DNA of 64,000 bases from a virus: positions 64,001-128,000 of the IMG/VR virus record IMGVR_UViG_3300022752_000023; one strand, written 5' to 3'. How positions within the stretch are numbered: position 1 is the first letter of the stretch; each line of letters opens with the position of its first letter. The notes below the pieces were generated by a model, which saw only the letters and a program-made list of their open reading frames with translations, did no database searches and was not told the DNA's origin. Below, piece after piece: positions 1-8,267 of this stretch. Made by a program: the position numbers and the translations under genes.

Positions 1-74
1 CCGAGACGCTTGCAGGCCGCCTCGACGGCAGCCGCGTCTTTTACTTCCGTCTTGATCTGAACGATATGAGACAT
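1..74 (-). CDS. DUF1257 (Ycf35-like) family protein, 5' part only; runs off the window edge
   Basis: ATG at 74 reads MSHIVQIKTEVKDAAAVEAACKRL, a typical DUF1257 N-terminus; not in the ORF track. Confidence 0.7.
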   Translation of the reverse strand, partial: MSHIVQIKTEVKDAAAVEAACKRL

Positions 75-75
75 G

Positions 76-396
76 TTAGCCTCGATGATCCTTTTCTTTT
101 AGGTAGTGTTGAAGTGCGCACACAATTGTGCTTTCAAATATCTCGGGCGTTATGTAGTCAGTGCCCGCAAAATACGCTAATACTGCGACCGCAGCGTCGC
201 GGTCATATATCGATTTAAAAACGCGCGGACCGTGTGGCGTGTCTAGCCGATACTCTGCGATGTCGTGTAGTGTGACGACTTCGGGTATAGCTATTACTTC
301 GCTATATTTACGGCGTAACTCGTTTAATTCATCGAGCGCCGACAGGATCCGTTCGCGATCTTCGTCAAAACTGTTCTCGTCGGTATACGGCGTCAT
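76..396 (-). CDS. hypothetical protein
   Basis: 106 aa ORF, ATGA overlap with upstream gene, abuts downstream gene. Confidence 0.7.
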   Translation of the reverse strand: MTPYTDENSFDEDRERILSALDELNELRRKYSEVIAIPEVVTLHDIAEYRLDTPHGPRVFKSIYDRDAAVAVLAYFAGTDYITPEIFESTIVCALQHYLKEKDHRG

Positions 397-632
397 CGAT
401 ACGCCACAACCTCAGCGCGCGTTTCTACCCAGACATGCGCGCCGCAAGCAAGCGGCGCGTCGGGCGAGTAGACCACGCGAGAGTCGCCGCGCACATCTAC
501 GTTTGCTGCGGCATACGTTTTGTTGCGCCACTTTATTGTCAGCGGCGGAACACGTACGTTTTGCTTTTTATTGTCGCGAATAATGTGCTGGTTAACGTGA
601 ATACGTTTGATCGTACCAGCCGTCATCGTCAT
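393..632 (-). CDS. conserved phage hypothetical protein
   Basis: IKRIHVNQHII...VVYSPDAPLACGAHVWVET resembles a common small phage family; start 632 or 626 rather than 701. Confidence 0.7.
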   Translation of the reverse strand: MTMTAGTIKRIHVNQHIIRDNKKQNVRVPPLTIKWRNKTYAAANVDVRGDSRVVYSPDAPLACGAHVWVETRAEVVAYR

Positions 633-765
633 TTCATCGGCGTCGCCCGGAAAACGCAGCGGAATACGGGGCTCAAGTAGGCAGACGTCTTCTGTCGCCA
701 TTGATAAAGATATTTATCCGCGTCGGTGCGGTCTTCCATGACCACCACCGGACGCAGAAAATTTA

Positions 766-1644
766 CTACGACATCATGGAGCGTAGCTGCTTGTGCTCCG
801 CCAAGATTTCTCCGGCGGTGTCGTAGCAACCATCGCACGCCGCCAGAAACGCCGTGGCGGCCTTTAGCTGATCCATCGGCAGCGTCGCGGAGCCAGACGG
901 CCCCTTGGCTACCGGGCGCTTCGGCGCAACCTTGGCGGGCTCCGTCTTCGCGTGCTTTCGGCGCGCCGCGTCGCGGCTACGCTCCTCGCCGGCTGCGACA
1001 GCAACCGCCGGGCCGCGCCTCCCAGAAGCAACGCCCGCTTTCTTCAACAGCTGGCTCACCTGCGCCGGGCTCACCGTCACGCGCTTCTTAGCAAGCGCCG
1101 CTACGATGTCCACGCCACGCAGCGAATCACCAGACTCTTGCCGACGTTCGATCTCCTCGCGGATGTGATCGGCGCCGCTCTTCTTCTCGGCCATGTCCTT
1201 CACCTTCCTTTTTGTGGTCCTCGTCGCCTTTGGCGATTCGACCGGGTCATCGTCTTCGTCGACCTCCACAGTGGAGTCGACAGTGTCGTCAGAAACCTCG
1301 TCGCCTTCTTCGGGCTCATATTCAGTTTCATCGTCGTCAGCATCCGCAATTTCGTCTTCGGGCAGTTTTGCTGCCGTCTCGCGGATGTCTTCACTACCTT
1401 CGTCTTCGTATTCGGTCTCTGCTTCAGCGTACGCATCGTCGTCATCAACCGAATCCTCTTCAAGCTCGGCGTCGACGTACGCGTCGACTTCCTCGTCGTC
1501 ATAGTCTTCTGGCGTTGCGAACCGCATCCGTGTGGTTCCTTTCTCCTTCTTCTTCTCTTTCTCTGCAGATGCCTTGCTGGTTGCGCCCGGCAGTGGTTTT
1601 CCCCACAGATTAGCCGGACTCACAAACTCTTCAGCCTTGGCCAT
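766..1644 (-). CDS. hypothetical protein with acidic N-terminal half and basic, putative DNA-binding C-terminal half
   Basis: AGGAG before ATG 1644 (MAKAEEF); D/E-rich tract then VSPAQVSQLLKK and LPMDQLKAA segments; possible internal start MAEKKS. Confidence 0.7.
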   Translation of the reverse strand: MAKAEEFVSPANLWGKPLPGATSKASAEKEKKKEKGTTRMRFATPEDYDDEEVDAYVDAELEEDSVDDDDAYAEAETEYEDEGSEDIRETAAKLPEDEIADADDDETEYEPEEGDEVSDDTVDSTVEVDEDDDPVESPKATRTTKRKVKDMAEKKSGADHIREEIERRQESGDSLRGVDIVAALAKKRVTVSPAQVSQLLKKAGVASGRRGPAVAVAAGEERSRDAARRKHAKTEPAKVAPKRPVAKGPSGSATLPMDQLKAATAFLAACDGCYDTAGEILAEHKQLRSMMS

Positions 1645-1732
1645 AGCGTCCTCTCCTAAAGCGCCGCCAGTCGAAACACTTCGACACTGTGTGCGGCTAA
1701 ATGAAAAATACACGGCCGAAAACAAAAAGCAA

Positions 1733-2152
1733 CTAGCGTGACTTTTTTCGGCGGCGCGGTTTCTTTTTGACCGCGAGTTTCGGCTGGGTTTTAGCGCCAA
1801 TGTTGTATTTTGGCGGGACGACGCAATTCTGCTCTCGCAGTGTTCCGTCATTTAAGTGAGGCCACTTTTCAAGCGAGTGGATCGCGCCGATTAGATTCCA
1901 CGTAGCGTGTCCAAGATGATCTTCGGATCGGTCTCCGCCCAAGAAGTTGTAGATGTGCGCGATGGCGTGGTTTAGTAGGTCCGCCACCGGCATTCCGTTT
2001 TCCCAGTTATACGGGCCGAACTTTTCTGCGCCTTCATTATAGGTTTGCGCGAGTGCTCGCAAACCTATTGGCGATATCAAGTCGTAGCGCACCGCGTCAC
2101 AATCTGCACTGCGTACGGCGCCTGTGGTGTACTCGTGGCGTTCGTTGCTCAT
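1733..2152 (-). CDS. dATP/dGTP diphosphohydrolase domain protein (DUF5664-like)
   Basis: TGAVR..RYDLISP..L.A..Y..GAEK.G..NWE.GMP....NHA..H...EDHLGHA.WN motif series. Confidence 0.85.
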   Translation of the reverse strand: MSNERHEYTTGAVRSADCDAVRYDLISPIGLRALAQTYNEGAEKFGPYNWENGMPVADLLNHAIAHIYNFLGGDRSEDHLGHATWNLIGAIHSLEKWPHLNDGTLREQNCVVPPKYNIGAKTQPKLAVKKKPRRRKKSR

Positions 2153-2460
2153 TCGAGAAAACCTTCTGGGCGAAAAGCAAAATAGAAGCGCGGATCGTCG
2201 TTGAACGCAACTGTGCCGCGTACGCCGTCCACCTTGCGAATTACGTGCACATACGGCGAGTCGAAGTGCGACACCTCGAACATGTCTAGCAGTTGCCCGC
2301 TATCCCAGACTTGTTCGCCGTATTGCGTTTGCAGTACTGTGCGAATTTCATCTGGTCCGCGAAGGGCAATTTGGTCTTTGATAACATTGCGCAGCATTAC
2401 GTGCCCAATGTCCAGCGGGATTTGCGCTGCCAGTTCTTTAGCTTTGGGTGGTGTCGGCAT
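2149..2460 (-). CDS. conserved hypothetical protein
   Basis: QYGEQVWD...FEVSHFDSPYVHVIRKVDGVRGT..F...PRFYF; start taken at ATG 2460. Confidence 0.7.
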   Translation of the reverse strand: MPTPPKAKELAAQIPLDIGHVMLRNVIKDQIALRGPDEIRTVLQTQYGEQVWDSGQLLDMFEVSHFDSPYVHVIRKVDGVRGTVAFNDDPRFYFAFRPEGFLE

Positions 2461-2836
2461 TTGGTTGTACAAGCTTGTCCAGTTCTTCTTTCTGTTGTTT
2501 GATTTGCTCTGCGACATGCGCCGCGTACTGGTCAAGCATCCTAAGCTGGCCGACAAGATCTTTGTGCACGTCGACGCTGAATAGCGCGAGTCGTCGTAGC
2601 AGCATGAGTAAGCTGGCGGTAAACGGCGGCTCTTTGCTGCGCAGACTCAGAAGACCAGGCGGTGCGTTTTCTGGTTGCGATGTCCACAAAGGTACGAGGG
2701 CAAGACCGTGCAGTTCTGGCACGGCAGCCATGACTTCGTTGCAAAATTCTTCTCCGCGCCGCATAAACTCTACGTCGAACGGTAAACGGTCAGATTGAAT
2801 TTCAGGGTGCTGTTCAGGTTGCTGCGGCGTATCCAT
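2438..2836 (-). CDS. hypothetical protein with C-terminal coiled coil
   Basis: 132 aa ORF, AAGGA upstream. Confidence 0.7.
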   Translation of the reverse strand: MDTPQQPEQHPEIQSDRLPFDVEFMRRGEEFCNEVMAAVPELHGLALVPLWTSQPENAPPGLLSLRSKEPPFTASLLMLLRRLALFSVDVHKDLVGQLRMLDQYAAHVAEQIKQQKEELDKLVQPNADTTQS

Positions 2837-2849
2837 TAAACATCCTTTG

Positions 2850-3197
2850 TTATTGCGTGTAGCGCGATTCTTTTGGGAGCATGCCGTCGATTACGTTACC
2901 GAGGCGTGTCGCGGCGAGACTGTACACCACTACGCGAATGGCAGTCTCGACCATACCGCCAATTCCCGTTCCTGCCAATAGCAGCAAAAACAGGTAAAAT
3001 GGCGCGTGATATGACTTGCAAAACGGGCAATTGATCAGCTCTAAAAGCTTTCCCTTTGCCGTGTTGTAGGGTGTCACATCTTGGAGCGCTTGCGCGTACG
3101 CTCGCGCCGTTTCAAACAGCGACCCCTTATGCCACACTTCGATGATTGCCCCGGCGGCGAGTGTGACAGCCAAAAAGTCTAAAGCAGTTATTGTCAT
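2850..3197 (-). CDS. DUF1360-like membrane protein (possible holin-like)
   Basis: Hydrophobic segments flanking ELINCPFCKSYH (CxxC) motif. Confidence 0.6.
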   Translation of the reverse strand: MTITALDFLAVTLAAGAIIEVWHKGSLFETARAYAQALQDVTPYNTAKGKLLELINCPFCKSYHAPFYLFLLLLAGTGIGGMVETAIRVVVYSLAATRLGNVIDGMLPKESRYTQ

Positions 3198-3376
3198 CGC
3201 CTTTTACGCTTGGGTTGATCTGCGGTGTAGCCGTTCATAAAACAAGCGCCACTATAGATCGCGCCGGCAGCCATGAGTAGGCCAGCGATACCGACCTGCG
3301 ACATTGCACAGATGCCAGCAAAAAGCATAAGCGCAGTGTAACTAGAGAAAGTTGCGTGAGGATCTGGTTGCGACAT
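3194..3376 (-). CDS. small two-helix membrane protein
   Basis: TAATG coupling at 3376, two hydrophobic stretches, basic tail. Confidence 0.6.
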   Translation of the reverse strand: MSQPDPHATFSSYTALMLFAGICAMSQVGIAGLLMAAGAIYSGACFMNGYTADQPKRKRR

Positions 3377-3600
3377 TATGGTGCCTGACTGTCGCCGTGC
3401 GGCCACACCTGCGTACGGGTTGTGTCCGGCGCGGCTGGGTTGAATTGATAGTAGGGTAGCGGCAACGGCGCCTCAAGTTTAAGATGGTTCACGGCGTTAT
3501 CCGGCAGGTAAATCTGCGGACCGGGTCCGCGTCTGGTACCTTCCGTATAAATTTGTTTGCGTTCTTGGTACAGCTTTGCAGAGCGTCCGACGTTAGCCAT
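3376..3600 (-). CDS. hypothetical protein
   Basis: GGAGG SD before ATG; 74 aa. Confidence 0.65.
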   Translation of the reverse strand: MANVGRSAKLYQERKQIYTEGTRRGPGPQIYLPDNAVNHLKLEAPLPLPYYQFNPAAPDTTRTQVWPHGDSQAP

Positions 3601-3812
3601 ATAACCTCCAATGAGTACGCGCCCGGGTCACCGTTTAGTATACCCGGACGCGCACCAATCACTTGCGAGTCGTTTCTTTGGCTGCTGCGGCCGCGACCTG
3701 ACACATGTAACCTATTACATTTGCCAGCCCGAAAAGACCGTAGACGAAAACATGCCCCGTGTACTTGAGGCTGTCTTCGACCCATTGAAACTCTGACTCG
3801 CTACCGCTGTTA

Positions 3813-5738
3813 TTGTGGTTCATGGATAAACCTGATCAAACAATTACTGAAGCAATTGACATGCCTTCCACGGGCGTGCAATCGCTTCTACAAGAATTAA
3901 TCTCAATCGATGTGACGGATGTGCAATCTGTTCACGCGCGAGCAGCTGTTTTGCAGCAGCTCGCGGGGCAGCACGCTTTCCCGTCACTCGAACCAATTTT
4001 GCCGTTGGTGTTGAACCTAAATGGACGGCCGTACAGTATTCAACACCATTTTCCTTTTTCCCCACTTTTCCGTTTACTCACACCAAAAAATCAGGTGTGG
4101 TGTACGGGGCGGCAGGTATCAAAATCGACCAGCCTAGCAGCGCACGGAGTTGTGGTGGCCAACTCTATTCCGTTTTTCAAAACGTTATTTATTACACCGC
4201 TGTACGAACAGATACGACGGTTTTCAAATAACTATGTGCGTCCGTTTATCGACCAGTCGCCAGTGAAATCACAGTGGTCCGGCACATCAACTGAGAACTC
4301 GGTGCTGCAAAGATCGTTTAAGAACAACTCGATGATGTTGTTCAGCTTTGCGCTTTTAGATGCGGATAGAGTTCGTGGTGTGTCTGCAGATCGAGTGTGC
4401 ATCGACGAGGTGCAGGATATGGATCCTGACCACGTTCCGATTATTCAAGAAACCATGTCGTATTCACGATGGGCGACTAGTTATTACACGGGCACGCCGA
4501 AGACGCTAGATAACTTAATTTACGGCTTGTATAAACGATCATCACAGGCCGAATGGTTTATACCGTGTCATTCTTGCAAGCATTGGAACATCCCTGCGCT
4601 TGAATATGACCTCGATAAAATGATCGGCCCGTACAGTATTCATATCAGCGAGAAGTATCCGGGCACCGTTTGCGCTAAATGTCAAAAGCCGGTCAGTCCA
4701 AGACATGGCCGGTGGGTGCATAGATATCCCGAGCGCCGCTGGCAGTTTTCCGGGTATCACGTACCACAGATGATACTACCGCTTCATTTCTCCGACCCTG
4801 AAAAGTGGTCAACTCTATTGTTGAAGAGGGAAGGCTTCGGGAATATGACCCAAGCCCAGTTCTACAACGAAGTAATGGGAGAAAGCGTTGATACCGGACA
4901 GAAGCTCATCAGCGAAACTGATTTGAAGGCTGCGTGCGTGCTAGACTGGGAAAACAAGAAAGATCCAGACCCTAAATGCTTTGCAAATCTTTCGCAATAC
5001 AAACACCGCATTCTTGCGATCGACTGGGGCGGCGGCGGAGAAGCAGGTATTAGTTTCACCGTGCTTGCTGTGCTGGGGTTCCGCCCGGACGGGACTATCG
5101 ACACGCTGTGGGCTAAGCGCCTGCTCATTGGCGGCGATCATTTAGCCGAAGCTGTTGAATGTATGCGCTGGTCTAACTTGTTTAATTGCGATTTTGTCGC
5201 TCATGATTACACCGGAGCCGGCACGGTCCGCGAAACAGTCATGGTGCAGGCTGGGTTTAACTTAGAGCGAGTCATGGCGATGCGGCTTGTTCGCTCCGCA
5301 TCCCAAGATTTGATGGTTTTCAAACCGCCGACAGAGATCAATCATCGGGCGCACTATAGCCTCGACAAAACGCGGTCGTTGCTGTACACGTGTCAGGCGA
5401 TCAAGCTGAAGCAAGTCAGATTCTTCCAGTATGACTGGTCGTCGCAGGATTCGCCGGGCTTGGTGTCGGACTTTCTTGCGCTGGTTGAAAATAAAGCCGA
5501 GTCTAGACTAGGCGGCGATATTTATACCATTACAAGGAACACGTTGTTGACTGACGACTTCGCGCAAGCTGTTAACCTAGGCTGCGCCGCTCTTTGGCAC
5601 GTGAATGACGCGTGGCCCAATTTCGCGGAGATCGCCGGCGTAGCGCGGTTAAGCGAGCGTACTGTCAGGGCCGAGACGCCCGTTGATGACGACTGGGCGG
5701 ATGATCCCATCGGGCGAAGCTACTTTGGCGGATACTAG
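3813..5738 (+). CDS. terL: terminase large subunit (GpA-like)
   Basis: Walker A GRQVSKST, Walker B VCIDEVQD, GTPKT coupling motif, CxxC pairs, nuclease AIDWGG and DDFAQA; start uncertain (3813, 3822 or 3861). Confidence 0.92.
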   Translation: MWFMDKPDQTITEAIDMPSTGVQSLLQELISIDVTDVQSVHARAAVLQQLAGQHAFPSLEPILPLVLNLNGRPYSIQHHFPFSPLFRLLTPKNQVWCTGRQVSKSTSLAAHGVVVANSIPFFKTLFITPLYEQIRRFSNNYVRPFIDQSPVKSQWSGTSTENSVLQRSFKNNSMMLFSFALLDADRVRGVSADRVCIDEVQDMDPDHVPIIQETMSYSRWATSYYTGTPKTLDNLIYGLYKRSSQAEWFIPCHSCKHWNIPALEYDLDKMIGPYSIHISEKYPGTVCAKCQKPVSPRHGRWVHRYPERRWQFSGYHVPQMILPLHFSDPEKWSTLLLKREGFGNMTQAQFYNEVMGESVDTGQKLISETDLKAACVLDWENKKDPDPKCFANLSQYKHRILAIDWGGGGEAGISFTVLAVLGFRPDGTIDTLWAKRLLIGGDHLAEAVECMRWSNLFNCDFVAHDYTGAGTVRETVMVQAGFNLERVMAMRLVRSASQDLMVFKPPTEINHRAHYSLDKTRSLLYTCQAIKLKQVRFFQYDWSSQDSPGLVSDFLALVENKAESRLGGDIYTITRNTLLTDDFAQAVNLGCAALWHVNDAWPNFAEIAGVARLSERTVRAETPVDDDWADDPIGRSYFGGY

Positions 5739-6061
5739 AAAATCCGCCAGCAATAGTCTTCGATAAATTTTTTCATCGGGCGGTAGTCGCGCATCTTTGC
5801 GTTTTCAATAATGTCGATGACTTCTCGTGCGACGTCGGCTAACGCCGCGGCCGCTTCAGTGCAGTCCATCGACGAGTCGTACAGTTCCCAGCCAGCGCCC
5901 GATCGAGGTATGGCTGGTTCTTTACCTTCAAACGCGTCGACGAGTAGGCGCTGAAATACGCCGTCTGGTTCCGTATCTAACGCGCCAAACTTGCGATATT
6001 TTGTTTGAGTGTGCTCAAACCTACGAATCGCTGCCTGAAGTTTCTCCACCGTCAGCGTCAT
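5735..6061 (-). CDS. hypothetical protein
   Basis: ORF converges on terL with a shared CTAG stop; start taken at ATG 6061. Confidence 0.65.
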   Translation of the reverse strand: MTLTVEKLQAAIRRFEHTQTKYRKFGALDTEPDGVFQRLLVDAFEGKEPAIPRSGAGWELYDSSMDCTEAAAALADVAREVIDIIENAKMRDYRPMKKFIEDYCWRIF

Positions 6062-6497
6062 TGGAGTCGTTAATAGAGTTGACAAGCTCCATTCCCTTTT
6101 CGGTTATTGAGAAGTTGAAATCGTTTTTCTCGCAGTCGTATTCGGCGTCGAGAAAACCGCGCTGCACACCGACGCGCATGATGTTCGAGATTACGCGCGC
6201 ACCGAGCGCACGAAACAGCCGCAGCATTTTTGTTTTGTACTCTTCAAACGAGTTGGCGCCGATACCGTACGCTCCGTCGGCTTGTACGTCCGACAGCTCG
6301 CGCACGATTTGTTCGACCTCCCAGACTTCCAAAAACTGCCGCTGATATTCAAGCGAGCATTCACTTTCAGTCGGCTCTTCGTTTTGCAGCTTGGCGATGA
6401 GGCCGGCGAACATGATTAGCACGTGATCGCGCAGATCTTCAATCGACCCGCAAATACGGCGTGCGGGCTGCTCTTCGTCTTCGTAGTCTTCGAACAT
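6021..6497 (-). CDS. hypothetical protein
   Basis: GAGGT SD before ATG 6497 (MFEDYE). Confidence 0.7.
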   Translation of the reverse strand: MFEDYEDEEQPARRICGSIEDLRDHVLIMFAGLIAKLQNEEPTESECSLEYQRQFLEVWEVEQIVRELSDVQADGAYGIGANSFEEYKTKMLRLFRALGARVISNIMRVGVQRGFLDAEYDCEKNDFNFSITEKGMELVNSINDSNDADGGETSGSDS

Positions 6498-6504
6498 AGT
6501 TACC

Positions 6505-6819
6505 TCAAGCCGTTTCTGCGGCAAGGCGGGCGGTGGCGAGCGCTGCGTCGTAATTACCGCGCGCAATCATACGCGCGTGCGCGGCGTCGCGGCACTGCCC
6601 GAGATAATCAGAGTAGTCTGCGTCGGTGTTGACGAGCGCTTCCGCAGAGCTGAAGCTGTGCGGTTTGCCGGTCAGCGGGTTGTCGCCGCTCTTCATGATC
6701 CGCTCAACCGCGGCCATCTTGACGGAGATGCGGTTATCTTCAAGCTCCGACTCGCGGCGCACGGCGTCGGCGAGGGCGACAGCGGCGGCGGTAATGTTAT
6801 CAGCAAAGTTCTTAGCCAT
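6505..6819 (-). CDS. helical hypothetical protein
   Basis: TAAGGA SD; NPLTGKPHSFSSAE motif. Confidence 0.75.
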   Translation of the reverse strand: MAKNFADNITAAAVALADAVRRESELEDNRISVKMAAVERIMKSGDNPLTGKPHSFSSAEALVNTDADYSDYLGQCRDAAHARMIARGNYDAALATARLAAETA

Positions 6820-6835
6820 GTTAATTCCTTACGTG

Positions 6836-7258
6836 TTAGAGAGTGTGTCGTCTACGAAAACCGTGATCTAACTCCATTTGCCGCGCGTCAACTGGCGCAG
6901 CGTCTGGATGTTTTTCTTTGACGTGCATGCTCAACGCTACCGCTGAGCGAAATTTTGTTTTGCATGTGTCGCAGCTAAACGGTTTTTGACCCAGATTAGC
7001 CGCGGCGACTTTTTCTGCCTTTTTGTATGAGCAACCCGTGCGGCGCTTGTGGCTTTCTTCAATCTCTGACAAACCACCGCCGCAAGCGTTACACCGCGGG
7101 GCAGACGCACGCTGCGTTTCAAGAAACCCAAGGTAGTTGAGTTTGTTGCACGAAATGCAACGCATGCTGATTAGATTGTGCCCTGTAAGAAGCACGCTGC
7201 GCTTACCGCTACCGGTTGCGCTTTTTCCACCGAAATCGTTTATTCGCTTTCGGGCCAT
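6836..7258 (-). CDS. zinc-ribbon plus C2H2 zinc-finger protein
   Basis: CISC/CNAC pair and FSCDTCKTKFRSAVALSMHVKEKH; start taken at ATG 7258. Confidence 0.7.
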   Translation of the reverse strand: MARKRINDFGGKSATGSGKRSVLLTGHNLISMRCISCNKLNYLGFLETQRASAPRCNACGGGLSEIEESHKRRTGCSYKKAEKVAAANLGQKPFSCDTCKTKFRSAVALSMHVKEKHPDAAPVDARQMELDHGFRRRHTL

Positions 7259-7494
7259 TGTTGGCGTTCTTGCCTCGTGGGAATCCTTTTCGGGTATTTC
7301 TCTGGATGACAAACCTGACAACGCGCGCGAGTACAACCGCAGCTCCGCAAAGTTTTACGATACCGTCCAGCTTCGCGCGCGGTTTGTTCTGCGTTTTCAA
7401 CCCAACTACCAAACTCCAACCACCCGGCATTAATTTGTCGGTGCTGTTTTACTCGGCGTTCGATGATGTGTTTTTCGGCGTGGTAGCGTTTCAT
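7240..7494 (-). CDS. small basic Cys/His-cluster hypothetical protein
   Basis: GRYRK...CGC...CQVCHP motif; fits operon packing. Confidence 0.65.
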   Translation of the reverse strand: MKRYHAEKHIIERRVKQHRQINAGWLEFGSWVENAEQTAREAGRYRKTLRSCGCTRARCQVCHPEKYPKRIPTRQERQQWPESE

Positions 7495-7497
7495 GTT

Positions 7498-7950
7498 TTA
7501 TCTGCCGTCTGTTTCGCAGTAGATTACAAATGTACAACCGCACTGCTGCGCAAGCCTTACAACGTTTGGCGCGTACACAGAGACGATTTTTGTTTTGTCT
7601 ATTTTGTTATCAGCGATTAACGCTAGAAGACCCAGCTTTGCAATTCCGCGTCGCCGGTATTCAGGGTCAACAAAACATTCGACCGTTTGTACAACTGTCG
7701 GGCGACCTTTGAAATTTTCGGTCCACGGGCGCGTTCCAACCCAGCCTGCTAGCGTTTCGTCTACCCAGATGAGCGCGAGGGCCATTTCTGGGTGCGGCTG
7801 CTCGTGATTGACGTGCAGATAACGCTTAGCGAGTTCTTTTTGAATTGAGCTGTCGCTGCCAGAATCCGGCCACGACAATCTTGTCATGATCGCCGTCACA
7901 TCGACCAGCCCGAGGCGGTTGATATCTTTGATTTTGATCGAAATATCCAC
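7498..7950 (-). CDS. GNAT family N-acetyltransferase
   Basis: FVDPEYRRRGIAK acetyl-CoA binding motif A; GGAGG SD before GTG. Confidence 0.85.
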   Translation of the reverse strand: MDISIKIKDINRLGLVDVTAIMTRLSWPDSGSDSSIQKELAKRYLHVNHEQPHPEMALALIWVDETLAGWVGTRPWTENFKGRPTVVQTVECFVDPEYRRRGIAKLGLLALIADNKIDKTKIVSVYAPNVVRLAQQCGCTFVIYCETDGR

Positions 7951-7977
7951 AGCTGGTCCTCCGTGACCAACTATGGA
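7946..7977 (-). promoter_or_regulatory. CsrA-type RBS hairpin (13-bp stem, ACGGAG loop) sequestering the GTG start of the GNAT gene
   Basis: UCCAUAGUUGGUC-ACGGAG-GACCAGCUGUGGA; both non-Watson-Crick pairs are G.U on the - strand. Confidence 0.7.
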
Positions 7978-7988
7978 GTATACATTAG

Positions 7989-8192
7989 CGCGGTAGGCGG
8001 GAGTCGAACCCGCTGCAGTAGATTTTCGGCCCGTCCGTCATTTCGGCAATTAAGTATGCGCACTTTTGCACACCGGAGATCAATCCGGCGGTAAATCACT
8101 CGCTCGCATACACCGGCTTCGTCCGCTCAGGTGATCAACCCATATCCGTCTACTGCATCAAGCGTTAAGCGCGCGCCCCGCGCATCTACCGC
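7989..8192 (-). ncRNA. tRNA/tmRNA-like structured RNA of unknown class (~204 nt)
   Basis: 7-bp acceptor stem GCGGUAG/CUACCGC, T arm GCGGG-UUCGACU-CCCGC, 9-bp UGCAGUAGA/UCUACUGCA helix enclosing a 126-nt insert. Confidence 0.75.
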
Positions 8193-8196
8193 AAAG

Positions 8197-8267
8197 AGCC
8201 CCCAGAAGGAATCAAACCCTCATCGGCTGATTACAAATCAGCTGCATTATCATTATGCTATGGGGGC
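8197..8267 (-). tRNA. tRNA-Thr(UGU), CCA not encoded
   Basis: Cloverleaf GCCCCCA/TGGGGGC, D arm GCAT/ATGC, anticodon arm GCTGA-TTTGTAA-TCAGC, T arm GAGGG-TTTGATT-CCTTC (variant T loop). Confidence 0.85.

Noticed and set aside
3611-3796. 61-aa + ORF as terminase small subunit
   Set aside because: No SD or motif support; left uncalled, though it may be real
7989-8192. Calling the RNA a canonical tmRNA or a group I intron-containing tRNA
   Set aside because: No G3.U70 pair or A discriminator, no internally terminated tag frame, and the 126-nt insert lacks a recognisable group I core
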